Source of the DNA: Nemertoderma westbladi
Taxonomy: Eukaryota; Animalia; Xenacoelomorpha
Direction: 5' to 3'
DNA length: 64,000 nucleotides
NCBI GenBank assembly: GCA_032718475.1
Contig: JAUCBJ010003600.1
Location: 1-64,000 of the forward strand
Under the pieces are notes generated by a model, which saw only the letters and a program-made list of their open reading frames with translations, was not told the DNA's origin and did no database searches. Position numbers and translations under genes: made by a program. Below are positions 12,697 to 23,505 of this stretch, piece by piece (position 1 is the first letter of the stretch; every line of letters starts with the position of its first letter).

Positions 12697-13001
12697 AATT
12701 TTTGAAAAATAGCAACGCATTAGCGCAGGGAGCATTTATTCGAAAAAAAGCTAGTAGCGAATTAATACGACTTCTCGTTAATATTACACTGAATACGCTC
12801 TATGGGAATATAAATATTGATGGAAAGATTGTTAAAAAATTGAAGCCATATAAGAAATATATGAAGCGATTGAAATCGAAAAATTCAGTTTCACTTCAAA
12901 GACGTTCTCTCTCTCAGGCTGGGGGGTTCCTTCCACTTATTTTGCCACTGTTGATAGGCGCCACAAACATTGCCACAACTGTTGCCACAGCGTTAACATA
13001 A
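12660..13001 (+). CDS. Basic core/virion protein with adenovirus pX-like hydrophobic C-terminus
   Basis: Lys/Arg-rich body, then QAGG|FLPLILPLLIGA, resembling GG|FLPxLIP protease-cleaved tails. Confidence 0.75.
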   Translation: MELNIRKYRKELEFLKNSNALAQGAFIRKKASSELIRLLVNITLNTLYGNINIDGKIVKKLKPYKKYMKRLKSKNSVSLQRRSLSQAGGFLPLILPLLIGATNIATTVATALT

Positions 13002-13003
13002 CC

Positions 13004-13186
13004 ATGTCATTCAAGAAACTATATTTAATAACCCCCGAACAACATGATAGGTTGCAACCAACACATTTGAAAACTAAACCTTAAATTAAAGAAACAAAGA
13101 AAAAAGGTCAAAATAAACGGACAATAAACGATAGAAGAAAAGTGTTGAAACTGTTTGATTATACGCGTCGCAAATCGCGAAAATAA
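13004..13186 (+). pseudogene. Small basic Polinton ORF with internal stop
   Basis: MSFKKLYLITPEQHDRL...*...RRKSRK; in-frame TAA at 13082-13084; its stop overlaps the next ATG (TAATG). Confidence 0.4.
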
Positions 13187-13255
13187 TGTCTTGGTTAAAA
13201 AAACTTTCAGTAACTTGCAATTTTCGTTGTCTGTGCAATTCTAGCAGTGTTACCT

Positions 13256-14787
13256 ATGGCTATGATCAACAAGATGGTAGAAAAACGCTTAGTCAAAGCT
13301 TACTACAATCCTTCAAGTGTTGCAGGGTTTTCCACCGTAGGAAAGCTAGAAAAAGAGACAGGGGTCAATCCAAAACTCGTGAAAAGATGGCTCCAAAGTC
13401 AGCAAACCTACACATTGCATGCCCCAGCGAGGCGTCTGTTTCCCACAAGCCGAATGTATTTTTATGGAATTAGTGACACCATTCAGGCAGATTTAATTGA
13501 TATGCAAAAATATCGCGCAACAAACTCAGGTTATGGATATATGTGGCTGGCCACGAGAAAAGGGACCTTATGTTACCGGAGGTCGATTTTGAGTTATTAG
13601 GCCTATGAGATGCAGAATTTTACAGAGATTTTAACAAAAAAAAACGGTGTCTCAATATCTATTTCCAAAAAAAAGTTATAGCGATTTATGTGAAGGTGAT
13701 TCGGGTAGCTCTATTCCTACCTACCCGTATTAGTACCTTTTATTAAAGTCCTAAATTCAGACATGAAAACACTAAAACAGTGTTATATACAACACTGCAA
13801 CATCTTATATTGCTTCCTGTAATTAGTTCTTTCCTAGGTATCTTGAATATCAGACCCAATTTGAATTTCCCGCATCGTTTTATACATTTCTAAATTGATA
13901 ATCCAATTAAATTTGTTCAAAAATAGAGGGAAACTTTAAACACGATTATCTCAGAATCAGGTTTTGCGACATAAGGTCCCTTTTCTCGTGGCCAGCCACA
14001 TATTCTAACCGCAATCAACTGTTTTAGTAAGAAGGGGTGGGCATTACCATTGAAACGGAAGACTGGTATTGAAATTAAACATGCACTACAGTCTATTTTT
14101 ACTGAAGAAGTACCACGTAATTTATGTACAGATCAAGGGTTGGAATTCGACAATAAAGTTGTACTCAATTACTTGAAAATGAAAAAAGTTAAATATTATA
14201 CAACACGATCGCAGTTCAAAGCAGCCATTTGCGAAAGGTATAATAGAACATTGAAAACAAAGATGTATAAAATTTTTAGTAGAAGAGGTAACCATAAGTG
14301 GCTTGCTATTCTACCAAAAATTGTATACTCTTATAATAATTCTATACATAGATCTATTGGAATGCCCCCAATTCAAGTCAATAAGTCGAATGAAGATAAC
14401 GTGAGAAGAAAACTCTATGGAAATTTAGCTAAAATCATTGTAACAAAACCCAAATTGAGAATAGGTGACAATGTGCGACTTAATATAGCTAAAACGGCGT
14501 TTGAAAAAGGTTATACAAAAAATTGGACTGGTGAGGTGTTTACTGTGAAACGTATAAGACTAGATCGTTTTCCTCAGCCTATGTATCATATAATAGATTC
14601 AGTTGATAGAGAAATAGAAGGAAAATTTTACCCTCACGAATTGCAAAAGGTTACACAAACAACTGATATTCACCCAATCGAGTCCATTTTGAAGTCTCGA
14701 ATAAAAAATGGTCGGAAGGAATTCCTTGTAAAATTTAAAAACTATAAACGGAATTCTTGGTTGAACGAGTCCCAACTACGTAAATAA
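13256..14787 (+). pseudogene. Retroviral-like (RVE) integrase with C-terminal chromodomain, interrupted by a MITE
   Basis: AYYNPSSVAGFS, QADLIDM, TDQGLEF, AAICERYNRTLK (DDE), FEKGYTKNWT, IESILKSR..EFLVKFKNY..SW. Removing the insert restores GYGYILTAINCFSKKGWALPLK. Confidence 0.95.
13542..14000. mobile_element. Non-autonomous DNA transposon (MITE) inserted in the integrase
   Basis: TIR tgtggctggccacgagaaaagggaccttatgt / acataaggtcccttttctcgtggccagccaca; TSD TA (or ATAT if ends are 13543-13999). Confidence 0.93.
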
Positions 14788-14797
14788 ATCAACAAAA

Positions 14798-15624
14798 ATG
14801 AATAACTATATAACTTTATTCTCAAATGGACCTACAAACAAATTTCCTGATAACACCCTTTCGAAATTTACGGTTGATCTACCCTATACAATCAATCTCA
14901 GTGGTAATGTAGAAGTGGGACTATCTGAAATTCAATACTGTTCCTCATTCTATAATATACGTCAACAATCTCTGTTTACAATTTATTATGGAGATGGTCA
15001 TCGCAAGTTGTTGTATTTGAACCAGGACTATATACGAGTGTAGAAGCCATTATTAATAAAATCAATCAACAAATTGATCACCCGAAGTGGCCCCAAATTC
15101 AATATTTCAAACACTCAAATAAAATTGAGCTCGCTACTTCGCAACACTTTTCTTTTGAAATTACTGGAGATTTGATTACAATACTCGGTTTTGAGGAGTT
15201 TATGCAGGATTATGATCCGAGGGATGTACCTTATCTAGCTAATTGGTATGATTATTGGAGTGTAAATGTTAGTGAATTTGGCTCTTTAACATTCAAACAG
15301 CAACCGGGACAGCGTGCTCAACTTAGAGGGATTTGTCCCTTTTCTTGCGATTTAGTCTTAGGGCGACATAATTTGTTTATCTATAGTGACATTACTTCTC
15401 ATGTGACTGTAGGAAATACGACGGCACCATTATTACGCACGGTACCTCTCGAACTTGAGCATAATAAAGTTATAACACGCGAATTTAAAAAAATTTATTA
15501 CAGACCAGTTGCTAGAACAATTGTTAATCAGATAAATATTGAATTACGCAACAAAAAAGGAGAACTAATATTATTTAATGGAGGTGCAACAATAATTACC
15601 CTACACTTAAAAAGTAAGCCATAA
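14798..15624 (+). pseudogene. Minor capsid protein (penton, single jelly-roll) copy 1, frameshifted
   Basis: YITLFSN..FPDNTLSKFTVDLP..L.G.VEVGLSEIQY N-terminus and LFIYSDI..VGNTTAPLLRTV..INIELRN..IITLHLK C-terminus, split across two frames. Confidence 0.85.
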
Positions 15625-16417
15625 TGGAGAAAATATAATAATTTACCCTCGAATTCTTCACCTAAACGATTTCTATTAAATCAACCTTCTAACTTTAATG
15701 TGGAACTATCTGAACCATTGCGTTTTAGTGGAAAGTGGATGGTGGGTTTGTCAGAAATTGTTTACCTCTCCTCGGTTCATAATTTAGAAGATACATTCAT
15801 TTATATTCGGAGTTTACAAGGAACTAAAAGAAAATATATAATACCATCTGGTTGCTATACTGATGTGGAGGCGTTGCTTACACAGCTAAATATAGATGGT
15901 CTCAATTCCCATTTAGAAATAAGACAAAATGAGCTTTATGACAACATTAGTATTCAGTTTATCGGTGAAAGTAAAGTTGTTCGTTTTTATGGAAATAAGT
16001 TGATTGAGTTACTTGGATTGCGGGGATTAGAAAATGAGTATTATGTTAATAAAAATAAATTTCTTGTTAGCCTAAAAAATGATTATCTACAAATAACGCA
16101 AAGGGGGGAAATAGAGGGTGATTCTGATATTACATATTCAAAAAGCAGCAAATGTTTTTATGGGAAACATTAGTATATTTTCAAATATTTGCGGAAATGA
16201 GATTGTTGGAAATCAACTGAAACCCCTCTTAAGATCTATTCCTTATCAAGGAGATTATGGTAAGCTTGTTCATCATGAATTCACAAATATTAATTATAAA
16301 TCCATTGATATGCAAAATATAGAAACAATAAATATACAGTTAAAAAATGATCGAGATGAATTCATAAAGTTTAATAATGGTACTGTAATTGCGACATTAA
16401 TTTTGAAACGCCAATAA
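15624..16417 (+). pseudogene. Minor capsid protein (penton) copy 2, frameshifted
   Basis: KYINLPSNSS..NQPSNFNVEL..GKWMVGLSEIVY ... IVGNQLKPLLRSI..INIQLKND..VIATLILK; frameshifts near 15630 and 16150. Confidence 0.85.
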
Positions 16418-16448
16418 ACGATAAATAAGGAAATATATTCAGGAAGCA

Positions 16449-17063
16449 ATGAGTTATAAAGATTATTATCAAAGGAGTTTGTAGAAAACATTACAGAGAA
16501 CACTTTATAAGGTTATTTGCGGTGGTGTTAAAAATAAACAGACTGGGACGATGAAGGGTCTCAGCTCAGAAATTGTTACACCCCCTTCCATAATGAGGCG
16601 TCGATTACAATTATTAGAATGGAAACGAAAGGCGGGGGGAGGACTACCTTATTTTGAGGGGGGATATAGACATTGACACATGAACAGTCGCACAGTTTTT
16701 GTGAGACACGGTCAACGAGGTAAAGGTATCCTTGGAAATATTATTCGGATTGCAACTAAAGTAGTGCCCAAAGTTATTAAGCCCGTCGCGTGAGCAGCAA
16801 TTCGCAAAACTCTTCGCACTCCTTTTGTAAAAAAGACAGGGAGAAAAATTGTCAAACGAGTAATTCGTCGGGGAATTCCACAACTTAAAAAGATTGGAAA
16901 GAAATTAGCAGAACAGGCTCTCGCCAGCTCAAAACCTTCCACTAAACGAGTAGCTCATAAAATTATTGAAGAAGTTTTAAACGCAGCTGATGGGAGGTCA
17001 ATAAACGAAACTCGCAAAAAACGCAAATCAAAAAAGAATCACTGTCCAGATATTTTTGGTTAA
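16449..17063 (+). pseudogene. Basic Polinton core-like protein (QRGxG motif, ends PDIFG) with in-frame stops
   Basis: Single frame: GGGLPYFEGG...QRGKGILGNIIRIATKVVPKVIKP...RKKRKSKKNHCPDIFG*, broken by one TAG and two TGA codons; alternative ATG at 16593. Confidence 0.75.
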
Positions 17064-17077
17064 ACTAAATAATAACA

Positions 17078-18328
17078 ATGGAAGAAACCACGGAAGAACT
17101 AAATTTATTTAATCGCAGTAATGTTCAGACTGTAATTGAAGAAAGTTTTGAGCAGGAAATATACCCTGTGACTACATTGGGAGAGGGCACATCAGTTATA
17201 GATTTCATGATTGAAAAGTCAGAAGATTACTATACGATAGGAAATGAAACAACACTACAATTAGTATATCGTGTTGTAACAACAACACGACCTGACAATG
17301 GTGCAGTTTATCAAACACCACTAAGCCTCTCTACTCTAATTTCAAACATTAGTGTTTTGATTAATGAGCGGGAGGTAGAGTCTAATACTGCAAACTATCC
17401 CTATAAAGCTTTCCTAAAAGCGGTCTTACTTAACGATCAGAGTACAAAAGAAACGATTTTAGCTGCCAAAGGGTTTGCAGAACAAGAAGCATTTGGTGTT
17501 CCTGTAGACTTTGCTGCAGCTGCTCATTTGGAAAGTAAACCATATTATGTTCAGGGGTCTCTATTTGTTGACCTTTTTGAACAGGCTAAATTTATCCCAC
17601 CCAAAACTAGTATAAGAATTAGATTAACAAGAGCTACAAATGCATTTAACTTAGTATGTATTGCAGCTGTACAAGAGCCTCGAATCAATATATCTAATGC
17701 TTTGTTGAAAATTAAACGAGTAAAATTGGATCCATATATACGTCAACAACATATAGAACAATTAAAAATAGGAGATTATATTTATCCAATTATACAGAAT
17801 GAGGTGACAACCTTTACTATAGCAAATGGTCAACAATCTCATGTGAGGGAAAATTTGTTTACAAGCAAGAATGTACCTCGCTTTGTTAATATTGTCATGG
17901 TTCGAAATGACTCTTACAATGGAAACTTAAGATCTAATTCACTATTGTTTGATCACTTTAATGTGAATTACTTACAACTTACGCTGGATGGTAAGGTAAT
18001 TGGAGGTGTGACATATAAACCAAATTTTGCTACTGGACAATATATTAATGAGTATTGCGCCAGTCAAAAAAACCTGCTATCTATAACCAGAGGTACAAAC
18101 AACGGCATTACTCCCACTAGATTTCGTGATTTATATCCAATATTTTCTTGGAATTTATCCCCCACGGGATTTCTTGATGAAGACGAACGAAACCCACATC
18201 AAATAGGCAATGCTAGATTAGAGATTGCTTTCTCAGCTCCTTTACAAAATACAATTAACGTTATTATGTGGGTGGGATATGATAGAACTGTGAATATCAG
18301 CAATGTCGGATCAGTAACTATTTTCTAG
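17078..18328 (+). CDS. Major capsid protein (double jelly-roll), intact 416 aa
   Basis: ELNLF, YPYKAFL..LL, DLFEQAKFIPP, GNLRSNSLLFDHFNV, GNARLEIAFSAPL motifs of Polinton MCP; sits before the protease. Confidence 0.92.
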   Translation: MEETTEELNLFNRSNVQTVIEESFEQEIYPVTTLGEGTSVIDFMIEKSEDYYTIGNETTLQLVYRVVTTTRPDNGAVYQTPLSLSTLISNISVLINEREVESNTANYPYKAFLKAVLLNDQSTKETILAAKGFAEQEAFGVPVDFAAAAHLESKPYYVQGSLFVDLFEQAKFIPPKTSIRIRLTRATNAFNLVCIAAVQEPRINISNALLKIKRVKLDPYIRQQHIEQLKIGDYIYPIIQNEVTTFTIANGQQSHVRENLFTSKNVPRFVNIVMVRNDSYNGNLRSNSLLFDHFNVNYLQLTLDGKVIGGVTYKPNFATGQYINEYCASQKNLLSITRGTNNGITPTRFRDLYPIFSWNLSPTGFLDEDERNPHQIGNARLEIAFSAPLQNTINVIMWVGYDRTVNISNVGSVTIF

Positions 18329-18338
18329 AAAGAAAAAC

Positions 18339-18767
18339 ATGTTGAACTCATATGATTTGAATAATTTCCCAATAGGAGAACATTATCGTGGTTCTTTTGC
18401 CATTGATCAATTACCAGCAAAGGATGGCTCTAAAATGAGCTTCATTTCAAATACTCAAGCCGCTCATTTACCTGGTATGCACTGGGTCGCTGCTTTTATG
18501 AATGAAAATATAGGTGAATACTTTGATTCATTTGGAGTGTTCCCCCCGGCTCGTATAGAAGACTGGTTGTTGCGTAATACAATAAAATGGACAAGGACAC
18601 GAAAAGTGGTTCAACACCCTCTAAGGACAAGTTGTGGGGGATACTGTTTATATTACTTATCTGAACGATCAAAAACTGACACGCCTCTACGCAAGTTTGG
18701 AACAGACTTGAAACAAAATGAAAAGATACTTGCATGTTGGTTGCGGAACAAAGCCATAATGAATTGA
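18339..18767 (+). CDS. Adenain-like cysteine maturation protease
   Basis: NTQ..HLPGMHWVA (His), EYFDSFG (Asp), QHPLRTSCGGYCLYYL (Gln/Cys). Confidence 0.95.
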   Translation: MLNSYDLNNFPIGEHYRGSFAIDQLPAKDGSKMSFISNTQAAHLPGMHWVAAFMNENIGEYFDSFGVFPPARIEDWLLRNTIKWTRTRKVVQHPLRTSCGGYCLYYLSERSKTDTPLRKFGTDLKQNEKILACWLRNKAIMN

Positions 18768-19063
18768 TATTATTAATTGTGTTACAATGTGTTATATCTT
18801 ATGTGTTACAATGTGTTATATCTTAAATGTTACTCTGCTATATGTATATGTGTTATGTTATAAATATATATTTCAATGTTGCTATATTAAAAATATGAAA
18901 ATAGTCGACTATATTTCATTTTTCTTTTTCAACTTTGGATAAATAATATAAGGGTTAAACAAAGAACATCAAAACAGTTAAACAGTTACATTTAACATTT
19001 AGACAGTAAACAGTAACAGTAAACATTTACATGACCAGTTACAATAGACAAGTAACATAAAGT

Positions 19064-20803
19064 TTAGTTTATATCCACAGCATCTAGCTTTATCTTTTTC
19101 TGTTCTATTGGAGGATAGTGAGCTAATTTTCGTTTTACAATTTCCATCGAATATCTTTTAGAGACGTTGGGGGAATCATTAGGGTGAAATAGATTGAGGT
19201 GGATCTGCTTGGGGAGGAAAACTGCATCTTTTAGTGTGCGTTTGAGAAAGTTGATGCAACACTCAACAGCATAGTTTGAAGGTAGGGTTAATTTGTTTGT
19301 TGTCTTCAGGTTGACAATAATTGTTTCTGATGGTGTATGTTGAATGTGTATAAGGGGGGTGAGATAGTAATGGGAGGAAGTGGATTGTTGAATGAGATGA
19401 AAGTTGGAGAAATCACTCGCTTTTATATTTAAACCATCGGTAAACTGAAACGTAGTTGATTTCAAATCTTTTTTGATGACAGGCCATATGGCAACATAAG
19501 CTTCACCTTTGAATGAATAAATGAAAGCCGCTACTGATTCGTATAAATTAAGACACTGGTGATTAGGTAGTTGTAGTTGCTTTGGTTCATAATCACTATT
19601 GTTAGCCAATGACTTTAGTTCAGAGAGTGCTTCTCGGGCGCGATCTGTATTGTCAATAGAGAACATGTAGTCATAGCGTCTGTCAGAAATTTCGAGGGTT
19701 TCGCAGCTGTAAGAGGTATAAATTTTTATTCGATCAGAAATTAATTCTTCATGGTTGACTTCATCATAGCATTCGTATCCTTTGACCGCAGAATCGAACC
19801 ATGAAATTTTAAGAAGTTCATTTCTTGTGAGTAAAAGTGCATCTCTTGTGGAAACAATAACTTTGTTTGAATCAACCTCAACTCCGCTCGCGATTGCAAT
19901 ATTTCTTTTATTATTAATATTTGTGATATAACCAAAAGTAGAACTATCGAAAGAAACATAGTTCTCTGGCTCTAAGACAATGTGCGAGATTGGATTAATG
20001 TAAGGACGACAAATGTTTATATAATGTTGTAGTAAAGCAGCCGCAGTGTCTGAGATGGTTAACCAACCCCCATCTACTGTATCTTCTAGTTGTATTAAAT
20101 CAATAGGTTTCAGTGGGGATGTTTTCGAATAACGAACAACTTTAAAATTAAAACCAAAATAATGTGCTTTGCTGTTGTTGTAGAAACAGGTTATTTCATT
20201 CAATTGTTCAATAAAAGTTAGTACGTCATATCCAAACAGTTTGAAGAAACGAGATTCATCTTTGAGGGGGTGAATCGAGGCGTTCCAAATAATTAAAAGA
20301 ATTGAGTTTGAAATATTATGAAAATCAAACAGACACTCATCAACAAAAAAGGAAGCTTTGAGTGTTGACATACCAAGGAGCTTGTTTGCAGATTCTTGTG
20401 TTACATTGCTGTGGATATATTCAACAACCGGTTGAGGTATTACAAATGTTTCTAATGAGGTTGTCAGATTGAATGTTATATTCGATTCTGATTTGTGCAG
20501 TTTGAAACCATGGTTTGCGGAATGAAATTTATCATTATTTAGAGTTTGATATTGACCATCCTTCAACTCAAAGCAGGATCGTAGAATGAAATGTGCATAA
20601 TTTGCTGGAATGAGTTGGGGTTGGTTAGATGAAGTGGTAACCGTCATTGGAAAGCGTTTGTTTGAAGGATCAAAATATAAACCGAAAGAGTTGTCTGAGA
20701 GAGATATTTGATTTTCGTTGGAAACAATTTTTACTTGATTTTCGTTGGAAACAATTTTTACTTGAGGGAAGTTGAACTTTTGAAGGAGTTGAGCTTGAGC
20801 CAT
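19064..20803 (-). CDS. 579-aa Polinton protein with putative PC4-like (ssDNA-binding/co-activator) repeats and C-terminal NLS
   Basis: Intact ORF; LNLYESVAAFIYSFKGEAYVAIW...DGLNIKASDFSNF resembles PC4 (FKGKVLIDIR..GISL..EQW); weaker similar units upstream; KRK..KKIKL at the end. Confidence 0.6.
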   Translation of the reverse strand: MAQAQLLQKFNFPQVKIVSNENQVKIVSNENQISLSDNSFGLYFDPSNKRFPMTVTTSSNQPQLIPANYAHFILRSCFELKDGQYQTLNNDKFHSANHGFKLHKSESNITFNLTTSLETFVIPQPVVEYIHSNVTQESANKLLGMSTLKASFFVDECLFDFHNISNSILLIIWNASIHPLKDESRFFKLFGYDVLTFIEQLNEITCFYNNSKAHYFGFNFKVVRYSKTSPLKPIDLIQLEDTVDGGWLTISDTAAALLQHYINICRPYINPISHIVLEPENYVSFDSSTFGYITNINNKRNIAIASGVEVDSNKVIVSTRDALLLTRNELLKISWFDSAVKGYECYDEVNHEELISDRIKIYTSYSCETLEISDRRYDYMFSIDNTDRAREALSELKSLANNSDYEPKQLQLPNHQCLNLYESVAAFIYSFKGEAYVAIWPVIKKDLKSTTFQFTDGLNIKASDFSNFHLIQQSTSSHYYLTPLIHIQHTPSETIIVNLKTTNKLTLPSNYAVECCINFLKRTLKDAVFLPKQIHLNLFHPNDSPNVSKRYSMEIVKRKLAHYPPIEQKKIKLDAVDIN

Positions 20804-21910
20804 CTTGAAGAAAATATAATATTATGAATAACAATAAATGTATTATAACTTTAAATAAAAAGTAAAATGGTCAATAATATTTTTGTAGTAAGTAAAGTTC
20901 AAAGCGATGGAAGGGGGTTTATAAGGGAAAGAGTAACCAATGAAAATAAAAGTTAAGCTTGTGGGAACCAATAGAAATAAAAAGAGAGAGAGAGACGCGC
21001 TATTGGGTTGAGGGAATAATAAACACATTTCATTGGGTTAATTAAATGTAAAACATTAGTTAGGATGTGAAATGGGGTGAATTGAGAAGTGGGGGAGTGC
21101 GCTGGAGAAAAGTGCATGTAATGAATGGGTTGCTGCGTCAGAATGGGTATGTTAATTAATGTTACACTAGAGCATCTGAAATTACTTCAAACAAAAACTA
21201 CAGTAACTAGTATAGAGAAGGTTGGGGGTTAATTTGACACATGGCGTTTGGGTGATGGCTTTGTTGTTGAGCTAATACTGCTTCATAAAGTACAATGCGA
21301 AAGAATGCAATCTATTGCAAGAGCAGATGTTTATTATAATTTCTCGGGCGAATTGATGTAATAGCAGAGCTGGAGGTTTGAATAATTTAAACTCTGTGGC
21401 AGGCCCCATCCGCGCGTTGACGTACAGTATAGGATTCAATGTTGGGGTTAGTTATGCTACATCTAATAATAGCCCAACGGCTGCAGATTATTGAGGGATT
21501 GAACCGGGGCCAAACTGGCCCATTTTATTTTCTTGAAAGGGTAATTTATGTTTTGGGCCCCGCTCGCTTCTTTATATTTCATTCTATCATTCTATTGCAC
21601 GGCAAAAATAATATAAATGTACTGTATATTGTATTGCACAGTGCCTACAGTATTGTATATTTCGTTTGCTGTAGTACAATTTATTCATCCCGCGTCCCTA
21701 TCTGATTGATTTGTGTCATATTAAATTGCCTTTGGCAACATTATTTGATACAAATCGATTGATTAAACAATTAATTAATTGTTTAATCGACCAATTAATT
21801 AATTGTTTAATCGACCAATTAATTAATTGTTTAATTAATTAATGACCTACTTAACACCCAAGGTGCGAAGTGGGTCTAACTGTCGCCGAAAAGGGGTTCA
21901 TCTTACTACT
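20802..21910 (-). repeat. Polinton right terminal inverted repeat (~1.1 kb)
   Basis: Reverse complement of the left TIR, with an extra insert at ~21061-21096 and an extra copy of the ccaattaattaattgtttaat unit. Confidence 0.93.
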
Positions 21911-22364
21911 ATTGATTATAAAACTAATACAGTAATAGGCCTAAATTATGTGAAAGGTATATCCACATTTTCCACAATCCTGCAATCCAGTTTGGCCTAT
22001 CAATTATTTAAAATTTATTAGCACAACCGGTAGGCCTATCATTACCGTATTTAAATGGTAGGCTACACAGTAGGCCTATAGCAGTACCGGTGCCGGTACC
22101 GGTACTAAAATACAGAAATACCTGCTTTAAACCTACATCTGTACATACATAATACAGCAAAATAGTGCTATATATACTAATACCGGTACTGATAGCCTGA
22201 GAGAACAGCAGTAGAGAAACCGGTAGCATGGAACCTAACATTAGACTTTTGGAGGACATAAAAAATAAAAAAAAAAGGACAAAAAAAGGATTTAAACGGA
22301 CAATAAAATTATTGCGTTACTTATATTGCGCCTCTAAAGGTCTAAAGGTATTGTGCCTACGGTA

Positions 22365-22600
22365 CTAGGGACCATGGACCACCTCGTAGTATCCCTCGTT
22401 GTTAGTGAGTGAGGTGTCCACGGTCTCAATAATGGAGGCCGCATTTCCAACCTGGATGGCAACAGCCAGTCTCTGCAAGAGGAAGCAGTGGGATCGGGGT
22501 TCCTTGGTAACAGAGTGTAGTCTTGCCCTGATCTCCTTCAGGAACTCGGATGTTTCAGGGCCGGGGCGGCCCAAGGTCTCGTAGGCTACTTGGGGGGAGA
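22365..22600 (-). mobile_element. 3' fragment of a CRE-like (restriction-like endonuclease) non-LTR retrotransposon
   Basis: VAYETLGRPGPETSEFLKEI...FLLQRLAVAIQVGNAASII, the characteristic C-terminus. Confidence 0.75.
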
Positions 22601-22814
22601 GGTAGCCCTGGCCCATGAGTTCTCTGCAGTGAAGCCTCCGGCGGATAGCATCTGGGCGAGGTGGCTGGACGCCAGTGGGTCCTCCACCGTTGCGTCCCAC
22701 ACAAGGCTTATTATTATTATTACTCTTATCATTTTATATCTATAATTTTGTTATATTCTATATTTGTCTTCCTCTCGAACAGTTGCCCCCGCTCTTACCG
22801 CTTCCTTCTGCCGA

Positions 22815-22925
22815 GACTGGTGTTGCCCTCCTGGTCGGAAATGCGGCCTCCATTATGGGGACCATGGACCCCTCACTCACTAACAACAAGGGACTCTACG
22901 GGGTGGTCTATGGTCTTTAGTACCC
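22815..22925 (+). mobile_element. Second, oppositely oriented CRE-like 3' tail
   Basis: VALLVGNAASIMGTMDPSLTNNKGLYGVVYGL parallels VAIQVGNAASIIETVDTSLTNNEGYYEVVHGP. Confidence 0.65.
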
Positions 22926-23107
22926 CCCCCCCCCCCCTCTCCCTCCCCAATGAAACATACTAACTTACACCCCACACCCCCCCCCCCCCCCTCCCTATAG
23001 CTTTTATATATTAATATGTTATTAATATTTACATAATTTCTTTATTATGACTAAATATAAATAACTGGGACACAATCCAATTAAATCGCATCAATTAAAC
23101 CGAATAA

Positions 23108-23505
23108 TTACAAATAATTAATATAAAGGAATAGGGTTAGCTCACAATAATAATCCTTCAATAAATACAAATAATTAATATAAAGGAATAGGGTTAGCTC
23201 ACAATAATGATCCTTCAATAAATACAAATAATTAATATAAAGGAATAGGGTTAGCTCACAATAATGATCCTTCAATAAATACAAATAATTAATATAAAGG
23301 AATAGGGTTAGCTCACAATAATGATCCTTCAATAAATACAAATAATTAATATAAAGGAATAGGGTTAGCTCACAATAATGATCCTTCAATAAATACAAAT
23401 AATTAATAGAAAGGAATAGGGTTAGCTCACAATAATGATCCTTCAATAAATACAAATAATTAATATAAAGGAATAGGGTTAGCTCACAATAATGATCCTT
23501 CAATA
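23108..23505. repeat. 57-bp tandem repeat, ~7 copies
   Basis: Unit aataaatacaaataattaatataaaggaatagggttagctcacaataatgatccttc. Confidence 0.95.

Larger units (their letters stand above)
5488..21910 (+). mobile_element. Full-length Polinton/Maverick (endogenous polintovirus), 16,423 bp, partly pseudogenised
   Basis: Termini AGTAGTAAGATG...CATCTTACTACT; 6-bp TSD ATTGAT at 5482-5487 and 21911-21916; long TIRs; pPolB, ATPase, integrase, capsids and protease inside. Confidence 0.98.
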
